Below, piece after piece: positions 1 to 10,706 of a stretch of 64,000 nt of DNA; the first letter of the stretch is position 1; every line of letters starts with the position of its first letter. The notes below the pieces were generated by a model, which was given only the letters and a program-made list of their open reading frames with translations, did no database searches and was not told where the DNA came from. The position numbers and the translations under genes were made by a program. Location of the stretch: positions 1 through 64,000 of the forward strand of contig NIVC01001950.1 of the NCBI GenBank assembly GCA_002269645.1, in the 5' to 3' direction. This stretch comes from Macrostomum lignano. Its lineage: Eukaryota.

Positions 1-1709
1 TGTTCTGTTCTGTTATCTTGTCTTTTGTCTTACTGAATACTGACTGTGTACGAGCTACATGGCTCTTTACATTGAAGCTATGTAAAGGAACTAAAAATTC
101 AAATAAAAGAATCAATCAATTGATTTGGTTCTTACTTCCTTACTGCTTCCAATGCCAAGTGCCTTACACTTAATGCTTCAGCTTTTCTTCTTTTGCTTAC
201 TGCCACTGCCAGTGCCAGCCGCACTGCCGCAGTGACTGCTTGCCTACCTCACTGCTTGTTAGTATCACTGTCACTGGCACACACAAAGTACTTGTGCCAC
301 ACACTCACACAGTGACATTGAATTTGAACTATTGAGTATATTGATATTTGAGTATTAAGTCTTTTAATGTAACTCTTATCTTATTCTGAAGTCTTAACTA
401 ATGTATTAAATAATAATAATATTTATTGTATATTTATTATATTTAAATTTAAATATTTATTATATTTAATATAGTATATTATATTTATTATATCTATATA
501 TTATTATATATTTAATATATTTATATATTATAATATATTTAATGTTTATCATATATTTATTATACATTTAATATATTATATTAAATTTAATATATTGATA
601 TATTTATTATATATTTAATAGTAATCCGCATATGCTAAAAGTATTAAGATTTATTATGATTTTTTTCCAATTATTGAGCTGTCCTAAAGATCTTGTCCCG
701 AATTCCCGAGGCCCGACCCGGGCCCGAGTCCTCATTCCCGGGCCGACCCGGGCCCGACTTTGGCCGTCCCGGTCGCCCCCTAGGTGTGAGAGAGAGAGAG
801 CGCGAGCGAGCGTGCGTTCGTTCGTTCGAAAAACCAATTGCAGTAGCGCTTGAAAAACATGCAAATAAATAGATAGCAAAAACAAACAATAACAGGCGAA
901 AGTTGGACTGGCAGCTGGGCAGCGGGTTGGGCAAAAGGGTGGGCACACGGTTGGGCAAAGGCGGTAACGCAGAAAATAAACCGGAAAGAAAAACAACAAG
1001 AGTGGGGAAACATTGCTTCAAAGGTGGGACAGATGGGAGGAACAAAATTGGGAACGAGAGGACAACCTGTGAAAAAAATGACGAAATATCAACCGTTGAC
1101 AAAATTACGCAAAAATTCCGGGTGTTGGGGCACATGATTAAATTCCAAAAATAGTAAATTGAACGAAAATAATTCCTATACCAAAGTGGCAATCCGACTG
1201 CCACACATTACTGTTGTTTACGGAAAGTGGGGGAAAGAGACTCCGTGCACTTAGAGGACAAGTGAGTTCGCATCTCCTCATCCAATGGCAGCTGACCAAT
1301 GCTTCGACGGCAGACTATTGAAAAAAGAGCTCGTCCCGTTTAGTTTAACAAAATAAAACATTTTCATTGCTCTTATTTTTGTATTTTCCTAATTCCTTTC
1401 GAATAAAATAATACATGCTGTAACGTGGCGTAAAATTAGCAATTCAATTTTTGCTTTTATTGTTTATTTTTTGTTGTTATAGCAACCGTAAAATTCATCT
1501 TTCTGTAGGTATTGGGGCAAAAAGGCAAAACAGAACTGTAACAACGATAACAAATGAAAATAATTAAAGTATAACTACTTTTTGCAGACTCAGACCTTTG
1601 CAAATTTATAAATAATTTACAAACCTTTGATGCAGAATGCAATGCAGTGTACCATATGCAAGGAACTTTGAGGGAAAATCTTTCAGAAAAATTTCGATGA
1701 CCAGCAGAT

Positions 1710-1888
1710 CAGGCGCGTAGCCAGGATTCACGTCAGTCGTCAGGGGGCAGCCGATAGGACAGAGACATGAATTCAACTGCAATGTTACCGATGGAAGCTA
1801 AAAACAAAAGGCAATGAAAAATCCCCCTTCCAGGGGGGGGCATGTCCCAAGTGGCAAGTGTTCGTGTCCCCATTTGGCTACGCCCCAG
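1710..1888. mobile_element. Short MITE-like element
   Basis: Imperfect TIRs CAGGCGCGTAGCCA...TGGCTACGCCCCAG, internal G/C runs, near-duplicated flanks AGCAGA. Confidence 0.5.
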
Positions 1889-1944
1889 AGCAGAATTATA
1901 TCAGGACGCTAATACATACATGCGTACCTTCGATACAGATAAAG

Positions 1945-2252
1945 GGGTCGCTTCACAAGCTTGAAATTTCACATCCTCGAAAACTTTAGCAAGTGACTTC
2001 ATAAGCTCAAAATTTCACCAGCTCGAACTTTCACAACCTCGAAAATGTACCGTATTTGTATTTTTTACACTAGCTTTCGAGCTTATGAAGTCGCCTGCTA
2101 AAATTTTCGAGGATATGAAACTTTGAGCTTATGAAGTTTCGGGTTTGTGAAAGTGGTTGCTACGACGTAAAATGGTTTTCGAGGTTGTGAAATTTCGAGT
2201 TTATGAAAATAACTGGTTTCGATGTGAAATTTCGAGCTTGTGAAAGCAACCC
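1945..2252. mobile_element. MITE-like element with ~35-bp TIRs and internal AAATTTCGAGCTT repeats
   Basis: GGGTCGCTTCACAAGCTTGAAATTTCACATC versus reverse complement of the right end GGGTTGCTTTCACAAGCTCGAAATTTCACATC. Confidence 0.65.
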
Positions 2253-2504
2253 ACGATACATTGATCTGTGAATACAATCAATACATTAAATAAAAACAGT
2301 CAAATTCAGAGATCCTGTAATTGTTTTGGAGGCTGATTTCCGTGAAAATACACTGGAGAATATATCATTAACAAAATATATTACCCAAAGCATTTCATTC
2401 TGCAGGATGAAGACTACCATTATTTTAATATAGCGTGCACAACATGTTACTCTACTTTATTTTATATGCTAATAGTTGCGCGTTAATAAGTTTCATCATC
2501 CTAG

Positions 2505-3333
2505 TGTCACGTTATTGACGTAGCGGCTAGCTATGCGATGACCCTTAAAAGGGCCGTTTTAGTCCCAAAATAAGTTGAAGTCAATTCTTGTAAAGCGGAT
2601 TTGTAGCGGAGCACTTGGCGATAAAGGCAGGGACTGCCGTAGTTGGTTTTATTGGTAGTATCAATATTAGGCTTGGTTAGAATTTATGTCAATAAACAAA
2701 CTATAGCTTTCTGGGCACTGGCGGCTGCAACAATGGTTTCTTTGAAGATAAATTGGATAGTCAGGTGACAGACGACGGTGCAATGGCGATGTAACGTGAT
2801 GAGCAATGGCAATGAGCACAGTGAAGGCAGTGAGACGCAGTAGGCAGGCAGATGAGCAGTGGCGAGGTTGGCGTCAACCGTGGCGTGAGGTAAGGAGGCT
2901 CGAGGCAGCCAGACAGAGAGAAGGAAAACAAGGCTAGACAAGGCTAGGCAAGCCAGACGGGACGGAGGACAAGCCTAAGGAGAGAGAACACAGAACACAA
3001 GAACAGGGACGAGTGAAACCCCCCAGCCCGCCAGGCGAGGGTTAATAAAGAAGCGCAAAAGGGGGGGGGTAGCGTAAGCACGAGTGATTTTCATCGGCTG
3101 GCGAGAGAACTTAAAATTATCGATCGTGCCAATTTTATACGGTCGCGAGAGAGGATAGCAAAATATACAGTGAATTAGAAATTGACACAAAATCGTTGGG
3201 CACTACTACAAGTAAACGTCGCAATAAACAAATGGAAAAGTTTAGTTGAAACGGTGAACTGAAGGGTTGAAACTATGGAGAAACAGCAGTCCAACGGCCT
3301 TTTTCGGGACCACCTTAAACTGACAACGTCACA
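2505..3333 (-). repeat. 3' LTR of the Gypsy element
   Basis: Matches 11623-12449 except for homopolymer length differences and about one substitution seen by eye. Adjacent to the PPT. Confidence 0.95.
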
Positions 3334-3347
3334 CCCGCCTCCCTTCC
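3334..3347 (-). other. Polypurine tract
   Basis: Minus strand GGAAGGGAGGCGGG immediately before the 3' LTR. Confidence 0.85.
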
Positions 3348-3824
3348 GAAAAAGGATAGGGTCGCGCAAAAAGAAAACCAACACGCGGGGTGACGGCAAG
3401 AGAAACACAACGTGACCGCAGCGTATGAAATTATAGCAGAGCGAATTACAGGGAGCTTGAGTAGTATGTAGGAGTATATGATTACCGGACAAAATTACAA
3501 AGTTCCCAAGGCTACAGACCATTACGGGAGCAGAACATTACAGGCAGTAGAACGCGGTGAGCACGAGCAATACAACATGGTGGTGTTACAAATACAGAAC
3601 AAAAATATGACAGTGGTTACGGAAAGTAGTGCACGGCGGAGCGCGCGGCGCGCGCGAACATAAAAACGACAAAGGACGCGCAGAAGTGATACGATGGATG
3701 AGGCAAACACAGAGCAAGGATGACAAGATGGATAAGGCAAAGGATGCAGAGCAGGGGCACGAAACAGAGACACAGTCCGGACAACTGCGGGCAAACGACG
3801 ACAAGCGTCAGGGGCGGCGGGACA

Positions 3825-4225
3825 CGGCGCGGCGCGCCAAGGCGGAAGAAAACCGGCGCAGGATTGCCCAAGGCGGAGACACGGCGCAGCGCGCCAGGGC
3901 AGAGACGGCGCAGCGCGCCAAGGCGGGAGACGGCGCAGCGCGCCAAGGCAGGAGAACGGCGCGGCGCGCCAGGCGGAGAACGGCGCAGCGCGCCAAGGCG
4001 GGAGACGGCGCAGCGCGCCAAGGCAGGAGAACGGCGCGGCGCGCCAGGCGGAGAACGGCGCAACGCGCCAAGGCAAAGAACGGCGCAGGAGCGCCCAAGG
4101 CAGAAGACGGCGCAACGCGCCAGGCGGAGAACGGCGCAGCGCGCCAAGGCGGGAAACGGCGCCACGCGCCAGACAGAGAACGGCGCCACGCGCCAAAGGC
4201 AGAGGATGGCGCTACGCGCCAGAGG
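3825..4225. repeat. GC-rich ~21-bp degenerate tandem repeat (ACGGCGCAGCGCGCCAAGGC core) in the Gypsy 3' region
   Basis: Repeated GGCGC..CGCGCCA units, open in many frames on both strands. Confidence 0.8.
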
Positions 4226-5114
4226 CAGAGAGAGCGTGCGTGCGGTGTGTGTGTGTAGTGCTTACTTTTACCCCACAAATATTATCTAATAGCTAAATTA
4301 TGAAATTTGCGAAATTTGGTGACGAGCTACAGCTCATTTTCGGCAACAGCGAAAGCGATGCTGCACTCGTCAATGGGCTGAGCAGCGAACTAAGCTAGCT
4401 ATATTCCTATATATGCATTTTTTTCGAGTTTTCAATGGTTGTTTTTTCAGTTTTTATTTTCTTTTTGAGTTATTATGAGTTTTACTAGTCGCCAGTTGTT
4501 ATGCTTTAATTACCAACCGTCTATTGCACATTACATGGTTTTAGGGTGCTGACGTCAGAGATGACGCACTTATTCATTTCATAGACTTTGGTAATACCGA
4601 ACGGATGCAATAGGATTATTCTAAGCTATCAATTATTTTAATTATTTTTGCCATTGCTATAATGTTTATACTATCCTTGCTCTTACTATTTAAATAATAT
4701 TCATATTGTCGTCATATTAGGCTTACAGGGGCATACGCGCCCTTGTGTACCTTATAGACTATGGCAATGACGATGCAGGCGGAGAACTACTGCAATATAT
4801 TTTTGACAACTATTATACTTATAATATTCATCTCATAATCATATTTCGACCAATATATGCATTATTTTATGCCATATTTATGCATTAATTTTTTAGTTTA
4901 CTTTTGAATTAACTAGTTTGGCTTGGGGCTTGTGTTTTGTAGTCTGTGGCTGGCAGATGCCGCAGGGACCTGTGGCCGGCAGGTGCCACAGGAGGTAGTT
5001 TTACGCCTTGCCCGGGGACTGAGCTTGCGGTCTACAGGCGCCGCAGTGACCTGTGGCCGGCAGGTGCCATAGGAGGTAGTTTTACGCCTTGCCCGGGGCG
5101 TGAAAAACTGGCGG

Positions 5115-8100
5115 TTAGTGTCTGCTTCCCCACTGCTGGAGCAGGTCGGACACTTGACAGGTCCGGTACCTGACAGGCGGGCGGATGGGGCGTCCGTACC
5201 TGGATCTGGGTACGTCAGCCGGGGCTGGTGGCTCAGCTGCTTGCGCAGCGACTGGATTCGCAGCAATCTCAGGTGGTTCTAATTGCTCGGAGGAAGGGTC
5301 CCCCAAGGAAGCCGTGTACAGCGATTCTGAGCTGTCTTGGCTATGGCTGGTGTCAGTGTCTGTGCTGTCAGTGTCAGAGTCTGGCTGTGGCTGTCCCTCA
5401 ATGGCTACAGCATCGCCAGCTTCGGCGAATGGTTGGCCTTCTCCAGCTGCAGCTCCCGCCCCCTCCTCAAAGGCGCCTGAAGCTGGCGGTGGTGGATTTG
5501 GCCCTGGTGCTCTGCGTGGGCTCTCTGGCCGGGCAGAGGGAGGCTGGGGAATGGTGACGAGGCTAAGCTCGCTCGTGGGTCCGCTGGGCGGGTTCACACT
5601 AGGCGCTGGAGACCTGGCATGGGTGGCCTCACCATACCGGTCAACTACGTCTTGGTAAGTGGGCTGTCTAATACACGGTTTGAGACGGTCAATGTTGTAA
5701 ATGTTATGGCGCGGATTTGGCACCCGATCTGCTGGGTTTAGGAGACCACACTCGGGGACTAAACGGTAAGTCCGCTCGGAGCAGCGCTGCACTACTCGGT
5801 ATGGCCCCAACCACACAGCGGGTTCTATGCCCTTGTGATTCGGGTTCAAGACCCAGACTAATTCTCCCTCGTGGAACTCAGCGCGGAGGGCGCGGCGGTC
5901 GTAATACCTTTTCTGCCTTTCCTGGGCTTTACCCCTAGTGCGGCGGGCTAGGGCAGAGGCTTCGACTAGCGTGCGGTGCAACTGGTGGGCGTACTTTTCC
6001 GGCTGGTAGTGCTCATTTGGCGGTGGATTGTGACAGAGGTCGAGCGGCAGTTCGAACTCACGCCCGAAGAAAAGTTTGGCTGGAGTAAATCCGGTGGATT
6101 CGGCGACTGTGGCACGGATTGACATGGCGGCCAGGCGGCTGGCAAGGGGCCAGTCGCATTGTCTCTCAAGACAGATGGCTCTAATCTGGGTTTTCACCGT
6201 CTGGATCATCCTCTCAGCTTTACCGTTAGCCTGAGGGCGACGGGCTGTGATCCGACCCATGTCAATCTGTAGGAGCCTAGTTAATTCTATCATGGTACTA
6301 TTGATGAAGGCAGTTCCGTTATCAGACACCAACTGCTCCATCACCCCATACCTGACAACCCATTCAGTCAGGATGGTTGTGGCAGTGGTCTCCGCGCTGA
6401 CGTCGGAAACAGGAACTACTTCGATAAACCCGGTGAACCTGTCAATCATAACCAGCAGGTACTTGTACCCCTCACACTCTTCGAATGGGCCTGCGTGGTC
6501 CACGTGGACAACCTGGTTCGGGTAACCGGACAGTTCTGGTTGCATAGGGGCCTTGAGCTTACGCTTTGACTTCTTAGTCTTAGCGCAAACGGTGCATTCG
6601 GCCAGGACCCCCTTGACTATAGTATCTAAGTCGGAAATAACGAAGCGCGCCTTCAGGGCGGCCATCGTCTTGGTGATACCGCAATGGTTCAACTGGCCAT
6701 GATACTGAAGGACCAGATGACTGACGTCTGCGGTCTCAGGCACCACCAGGCGCCTGTTGGCAGTCTTGGCTTTGGAAGATTTGGCTAAGTACAATAGGCC
6801 CTCGACTACTTCAAGGTCCTTGAATTGAGCCCAGAGTGCACGCATTTCCCGACTACAACCCTGCAGTTCGGCCTTGGACAATGGCTCAGCCTTACCCTGG
6901 ACACTGGCGATTAGGCGCGCCATGTCAACACAGGAGTCCTGGGCATTCTGGGCCCAGATGAGCTCAGGTGGCACTTGGGATTCGGTTTCAGGTTCACGGG
7001 ATTCAGTCTCTGGACTAGGAACAGCACCGCTAGCAGTAGCACGAACATTCGGCGTTGGTTCAGCCGGGGCATCTGTGTCAGTCTGACACGCTACGCTAAT
7101 GCCTATGGTCTGGACGCACACCTGACGCAGTTCCCTAGAGGGGGGTGTGCGCCGGTGCTTTGGGTCTTGGACCAGGAATTTCCCCTTAAATTCTGGAATC
7201 TGGCTGCACGTCGGGCAGTCGAAGTGATCGGCTCTGAATTTTGGCAGTCTACTAAGAGCGTCAGCGGGCACGTGGTCAACGCCTGGACGGTACTGGACTG
7301 TGAAATCGTATTCGGCTATTCGTTCTAGAGTGGACTGCTGGACCTTCAGCGGGTACAGTTCAATGGTGGCAAGCCATTGGGCCAGCATACCAGTGGCATG
7401 CTTCTTAGAATGCAGCCATTTCAGCGCGGCCGCGTCCACCCGGACAGTGAAAGGCTTGTCTAATAGATAAGGACGGAAATGCTCGAGCATCAGAACGAGC
7501 CGTAGCAACTCCCTCATGGTGGCGCAGTAGTTTCTCTGGCTACTGTTGAATTTTTTGGATGCGTAAGCTATGACTTGCTCTTGGCCATCTGGCCCGAGCT
7601 GGTACAGCACACCCCCAGTGCCGTCAAGCGAGCTATCGCAGTCCAAAATAAATTCGCGCCCCTTGGCAGAGAGGTCTGGATACGCCAGAATCGGTGGTGA
7701 ACAGAGGCTATGTTTGAGTTCTTGGAAAGCCCGTTCATGATGCGGTTGCCATAGAAACGGAGCATCCTTTTTGGCTAAGGCATACAAAGGCGTGGCGATG
7801 ATTGAGAATCGCGGCACGAATTTTCGGTAGTAATTCGCGAATCCCAAGATGGATAAGAGCTGTTTCTTAGAAAGCGGTTTAGGCCACTCTTGGACAGCCT
7901 GGGTTTTCGCTGGGTCAGCCTCAATGCCCCGGCTAGACACAACGAACCCCAGGAAGGCAACCTTGTCCTTGAACAACTCACACTTAGACGGCTTAATTTT
8001 GAGACCGGCTTTCCTAAGCTGCCAGAGGACCAGCGCGAGATGCGCGATCATTTGGTCATTGTTGACAGCCTTAATGATGATGTCATCTAGATAGATGAGG

Positions 8101-10706
8101 CTGACCTTCATCAGGAGAGGCCTAAACACTTTGTGCATTAGTTTCGCGAAATTGGCAGGCGCTGTCTTGATCCCAAATGATACTACCTTCCAGCGGAAAG
8201 TGCCCTGGGGGCAGGCAAAGGCGGTGTAGTCCCTAGCCTCCTCTTGAATCCCTACCTGCCAGTACGCAGAGGTCAGATCTAGACTAGAGAATACAGTGGC
8301 CCCAGCAAGGCTGTCAAAAGATTCTTCGATGAGTGGCAGGGGGAAGCTACACGGCTTGATGAGCTTATTGACGGCCCTATAGTCTATACACAAGCGTTGA
8401 GTGCCGTCCTTCTTCTTGACTAGAACGATAGGTGACACCCAGTCGGAGTCGCATTCCTCGATGACCCCTTGTTCGAGCATCTGCGCTATGTTCTGATCTA
8501 GGAAATCCTTTTGGGCTGGCGTAGTGCGCCTGTATGGTTGCGCAACAGGCTTGGCCTTGGGATCTATTAATTCTATGCCCATCTCGTGTAATGTGGTATG
8601 GCCTAAATCTGCGTTTGATCTAGAAATTTGGCTATTGAAGTAGTTGAGCAGTTTCAATACGGTGGCGAGTTGGCCCCTAGACAATTTGGCTTGGTCGAGT
8701 TGGAACTGCGTTGTCAGCCATTTGGCTAACTCCCTACTAGGCGGCGGCAGTTTACTGAGTTGGCTTGTGAGGTTAGCTACATTGTCCAGACTAAAGTCAG
8801 ACTCCTTCAGGGTCGTCTGAGCTATGACCTCATGACTATCTAATTCCTGGAATGAGGCAATTTCTTGCCCCCTAGTTATGTGAATGGGCTGCTCCCCACT
8901 GTTGAGCACGCGCACTAGTATGTGGTTAGTATCGCTAACTGAGGTTAGAGTCTTAGCTACCAACTGTTCGGTCTCTGGTCCGAGGATCCGGGACATGACT
9001 ATACCGGAGGTGTACGGCGAAGAGTCGAGGACACGACTGGGAATCAGGGTTTCCGAGTGCGGGGGCAATTCTACGGTGCCGGCGGCCATCACACGTCGGA
9101 GTTGGAAAATTCCCTTGTCCCCCTCAATGACTGGTACTGACACTCCTGCTACTAAAGCTCGGCCAGAGTTGAAGTCTAGCAGCATCTCGAAGCTGCGCAG
9201 GAAATCCATGCCCAGCAGGGCTTCTGTGGTACAGTAAGCAGTGACTAGGAATACATGCTGTTTAGTCGTATTACCTAAGTTGATTTCGCAGCGTAACGAT
9301 CCTAGAATGTCTACCTGAGAGCCGCCGAAGGCGGTGGCACGCTGCTTATTGGCACTAGGCGTGAATATGTTGTTGACGGGGTCAGCTGCGACCAGTTTGG
9401 CTTTCACGTCAGCACCCATGATGCTGGCATTGGCGCCTGAGTCTAGGCAGGCCAGAACCTTAGAGTCTCCTACTCCTAGCTGCACGAAATAGCTAGACTC
9501 AAAGGTGTCAGCCGTGTACCCCCCTTGTCTGCATTGTGGATCACTGTCCCCTGGCTGAGGTTGCACATTGCAGGCCTTGTCGTGCTGGCGCCCGGGGTCC
9601 ACCTGGCGCTGGAATTTCACCCTAGTCCCCCTAAGGCGGTGCTGCTCGACTAGGCTACGCAGGCTGGGAGACAGTTGGCTAATGTGGACAAACAATTTCT
9701 CTGGCAGGTGCTCAGATTGGATGAACCCGTAATTCTGAGACCATGTGGCAATGGTTCCTAGTTCAGTCGTGACTTTTCCACGGCTGGGCTGCTGATTTTG
9801 GCTCCCCCGGGGCTGCTTTGGCGACTGTGGTCTCGGCGAGGGCGATGGGCAGTCAGCGATCAGGTGATCGGTCTGGCCGCATCGATGGCAAGCCCGCGAA
9901 GGGCGAGGAGCTGGCCTAGGCTGTCTATAGGTTTGGCTAACTTGTGGTGGGCCCCCAGTGGGCTCTGTGCGAGTGGGCCCCTGATTGGTGGTGACAGGCG
10001 GAGTGGTCTGGCTTAATCTATTGGCTTGGTTGGTCACCATCTTCTCAAGCTCGGCGACCCTCTGTTCTAACGCTTTCTTCTCAGCGTCAGGTTCTATGGC
10101 ACGAACCTTGGCTATAGTAGAAGGCACATTCAGAAGCTGGCGGACCCCGACAAGATCTTTGTCCTTCTGCATCAGCTCTTCTGCAGAGGTGGCACTGTCG
10201 GTTTCCTGATCCCATAAGAGGAGCTTTTCGGCGAGGTCCTTATCCCTCAGCCCATGGCAGAATCTGGCCTTGAGTAGGGGCTTCGCTTCAGCGAGCGAGA
10301 GACCCGCTAGTCTAGAATAGGAGACCAGTCTGTCAAAGAAGTCAGACATTTGCTCATTATGAGATTGGGCGGCAGCAACTAATTCTACGTAGGCCTTGTC
10401 CTTCTTCTTGGCATCGGTGTACCTTTCCCTGAGCAACCGAAGCGCAGATTCGAAAGGCAACTGGTCACACCGGTAATTAAGATATACCTCTTGGCATTCG
10501 GCTGACAGCCAAGATACGAGAATGGCGGACTTCTGGTCCTCAGGAACGCGGCAAGTGGCTAGATACGAAGTAAGCTGAGCTTCCCACGTATCAAAGTTCA
10601 TCTGCGGCTGATAAGCGATTGGAGGGCGAAGGCGTATGTCTGGCTTCGCAGGCGGCGAGGAATTTGGCGCTGACGGCGAGGAAACGGCGAGACGCTCTTC
10701 GAGCAT
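5115..10706 (-). CDS. Gag-Pol polyprotein (capsid, CCHC knuckle, cold-shock domain, aspartic protease, RT, RNase H, integrase), 1863 aa
   Basis: CHRCGQTDHLIADC knuckle (9849-9890). LDSGA protease (~9432-9446). YLDD RT (8082-8093). RNase H DCDSS...YCATMRELL. Integrase HHCC, VHVD/SDNG/KAE and GPY motifs. Confidence 0.97.
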   Translation of the reverse strand: MLEERLAVSSPSAPNSSPPAKPDIRLRPPIAYQPQMNFDTWEAQLTSYLATCRVPEDQKSAILVSWLSAECQEVYLNYRCDQLPFESALRLLRERYTDAKKKDKAYVELVAAAQSHNEQMSDFFDRLVSYSRLAGLSLAEAKPLLKARFCHGLRDKDLAEKLLLWDQETDSATSAEELMQKDKDLVGVRQLLNVPSTIAKVRAIEPDAEKKALEQRVAELEKMVTNQANRLSQTTPPVTTNQGPTRTEPTGGPPQVSQTYRQPRPAPRPSRACHRCGQTDHLIADCPSPSPRPQSPKQPRGSQNQQPSRGKVTTELGTIATWSQNYGFIQSEHLPEKLFVHISQLSPSLRSLVEQHRLRGTRVKFQRQVDPGRQHDKACNVQPQPGDSDPQCRQGGYTADTFESSYFVQLGVGDSKVLACLDSGANASIMGADVKAKLVAADPVNNIFTPSANKQRATAFGGSQVDILGSLRCEINLGNTTKQHVFLVTAYCTTEALLGMDFLRSFEMLLDFNSGRALVAGVSVPVIEGDKGIFQLRRVMAAGTVELPPHSETLIPSRVLDSSPYTSGIVMSRILGPETEQLVAKTLTSVSDTNHILVRVLNSGEQPIHITRGQEIASFQELDSHEVIAQTTLKESDFSLDNVANLTSQLSKLPPPSRELAKWLTTQFQLDQAKLSRGQLATVLKLLNYFNSQISRSNADLGHTTLHEMGIELIDPKAKPVAQPYRRTTPAQKDFLDQNIAQMLEQGVIEECDSDWVSPIVLVKKKDGTQRLCIDYRAVNKLIKPCSFPLPLIEESFDSLAGATVFSSLDLTSAYWQVGIQEEARDYTAFACPQGTFRWKVVSFGIKTAPANFAKLMHKVFRPLLMKVSLIYLDDIIIKAVNNDQMIAHLALVLWQLRKAGLKIKPSKCELFKDKVAFLGFVVSSRGIEADPAKTQAVQEWPKPLSKKQLLSILGFANYYRKFVPRFSIIATPLYALAKKDAPFLWQPHHERAFQELKHSLCSPPILAYPDLSAKGREFILDCDSSLDGTGGVLYQLGPDGQEQVIAYASKKFNSSQRNYCATMRELLRLVLMLEHFRPYLLDKPFTVRVDAAALKWLHSKKHATGMLAQWLATIELYPLKVQQSTLERIAEYDFTVQYRPGVDHVPADALSRLPKFRADHFDCPTCSQIPEFKGKFLVQDPKHRRTPPSRELRQVCVQTIGISVACQTDTDAPAEPTPNVRATASGAVPSPETESREPETESQVPPELIWAQNAQDSCVDMARLIASVQGKAEPLSKAELQGCSREMRALWAQFKDLEVVEGLLYLAKSSKAKTANRRLVVPETADVSHLVLQYHGQLNHCGITKTMAALKARFVISDLDTIVKGVLAECTVCAKTKKSKRKLKAPMQPELSGYPNQVVHVDHAGPFEECEGYKYLLVMIDRFTGFIEVVPVSDVSAETTATTILTEWVVRYGVMEQLVSDNGTAFINSTMIELTRLLQIDMGRITARRPQANGKAERMIQTVKTQIRAICLERQCDWPLASRLAAMSIRATVAESTGFTPAKLFFGREFELPLDLCHNPPPNEHYQPEKYAHQLHRTLVEASALARRTRGKAQERQKRYYDRRALRAEFHEGELVWVLNPNHKGIEPAVWLGPYRVVQRCSERTYRLVPECGLLNPADRVPNPRHNIYNIDRLKPCIRQPTYQDVVDRYGEATHARSPAPSVNPPSGPTSELSLVTIPQPPSARPESPRRAPGPNPPPPASGAFEEGAGAAAGEGQPFAEAGDAVAIEGQPQPDSDTDSTDTDTSHSQDSSESLYTASLGDPSSEQLEPPEIAANPVAAQAAEPPAPADVPRSRYGRPIRPPVRYRTCQVSDLLQQWGSRH

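Noticed and set aside
1-630. Possible LTR fragment (1-340) and extreme AT tract (380-630)
   Set aside because: Only a vague resemblance to the Gypsy LTR and truncated by the window edge. The AT tract is simple low complexity.
690-780. GC-rich quasi-palindrome (also 47490-47514)
   Set aside because: Resembles hAT-type subterminal GGGCCG repeats, but no partner TIR or TSD could be assigned.
5115-5700. Chromodomain or env at the end of pol
   Set aside because: No chromodomain aromatic pattern and no sense-strand env-like ORF. The tail is low-complexity P/A/D/S.
7495-7515. RNase H RELLRLV versus RELLGLV in the second copy
   Set aside because: A single substitution outside the catalytic acidic residues, so its effect cannot be judged.
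5185-10209. Plus-strand ORFs overlapping gag-pol (e.g. 5185-5658, 8884-9237)
   Set aside because: Expected antisense shadows of a GC-rich coding region, with no motifs.
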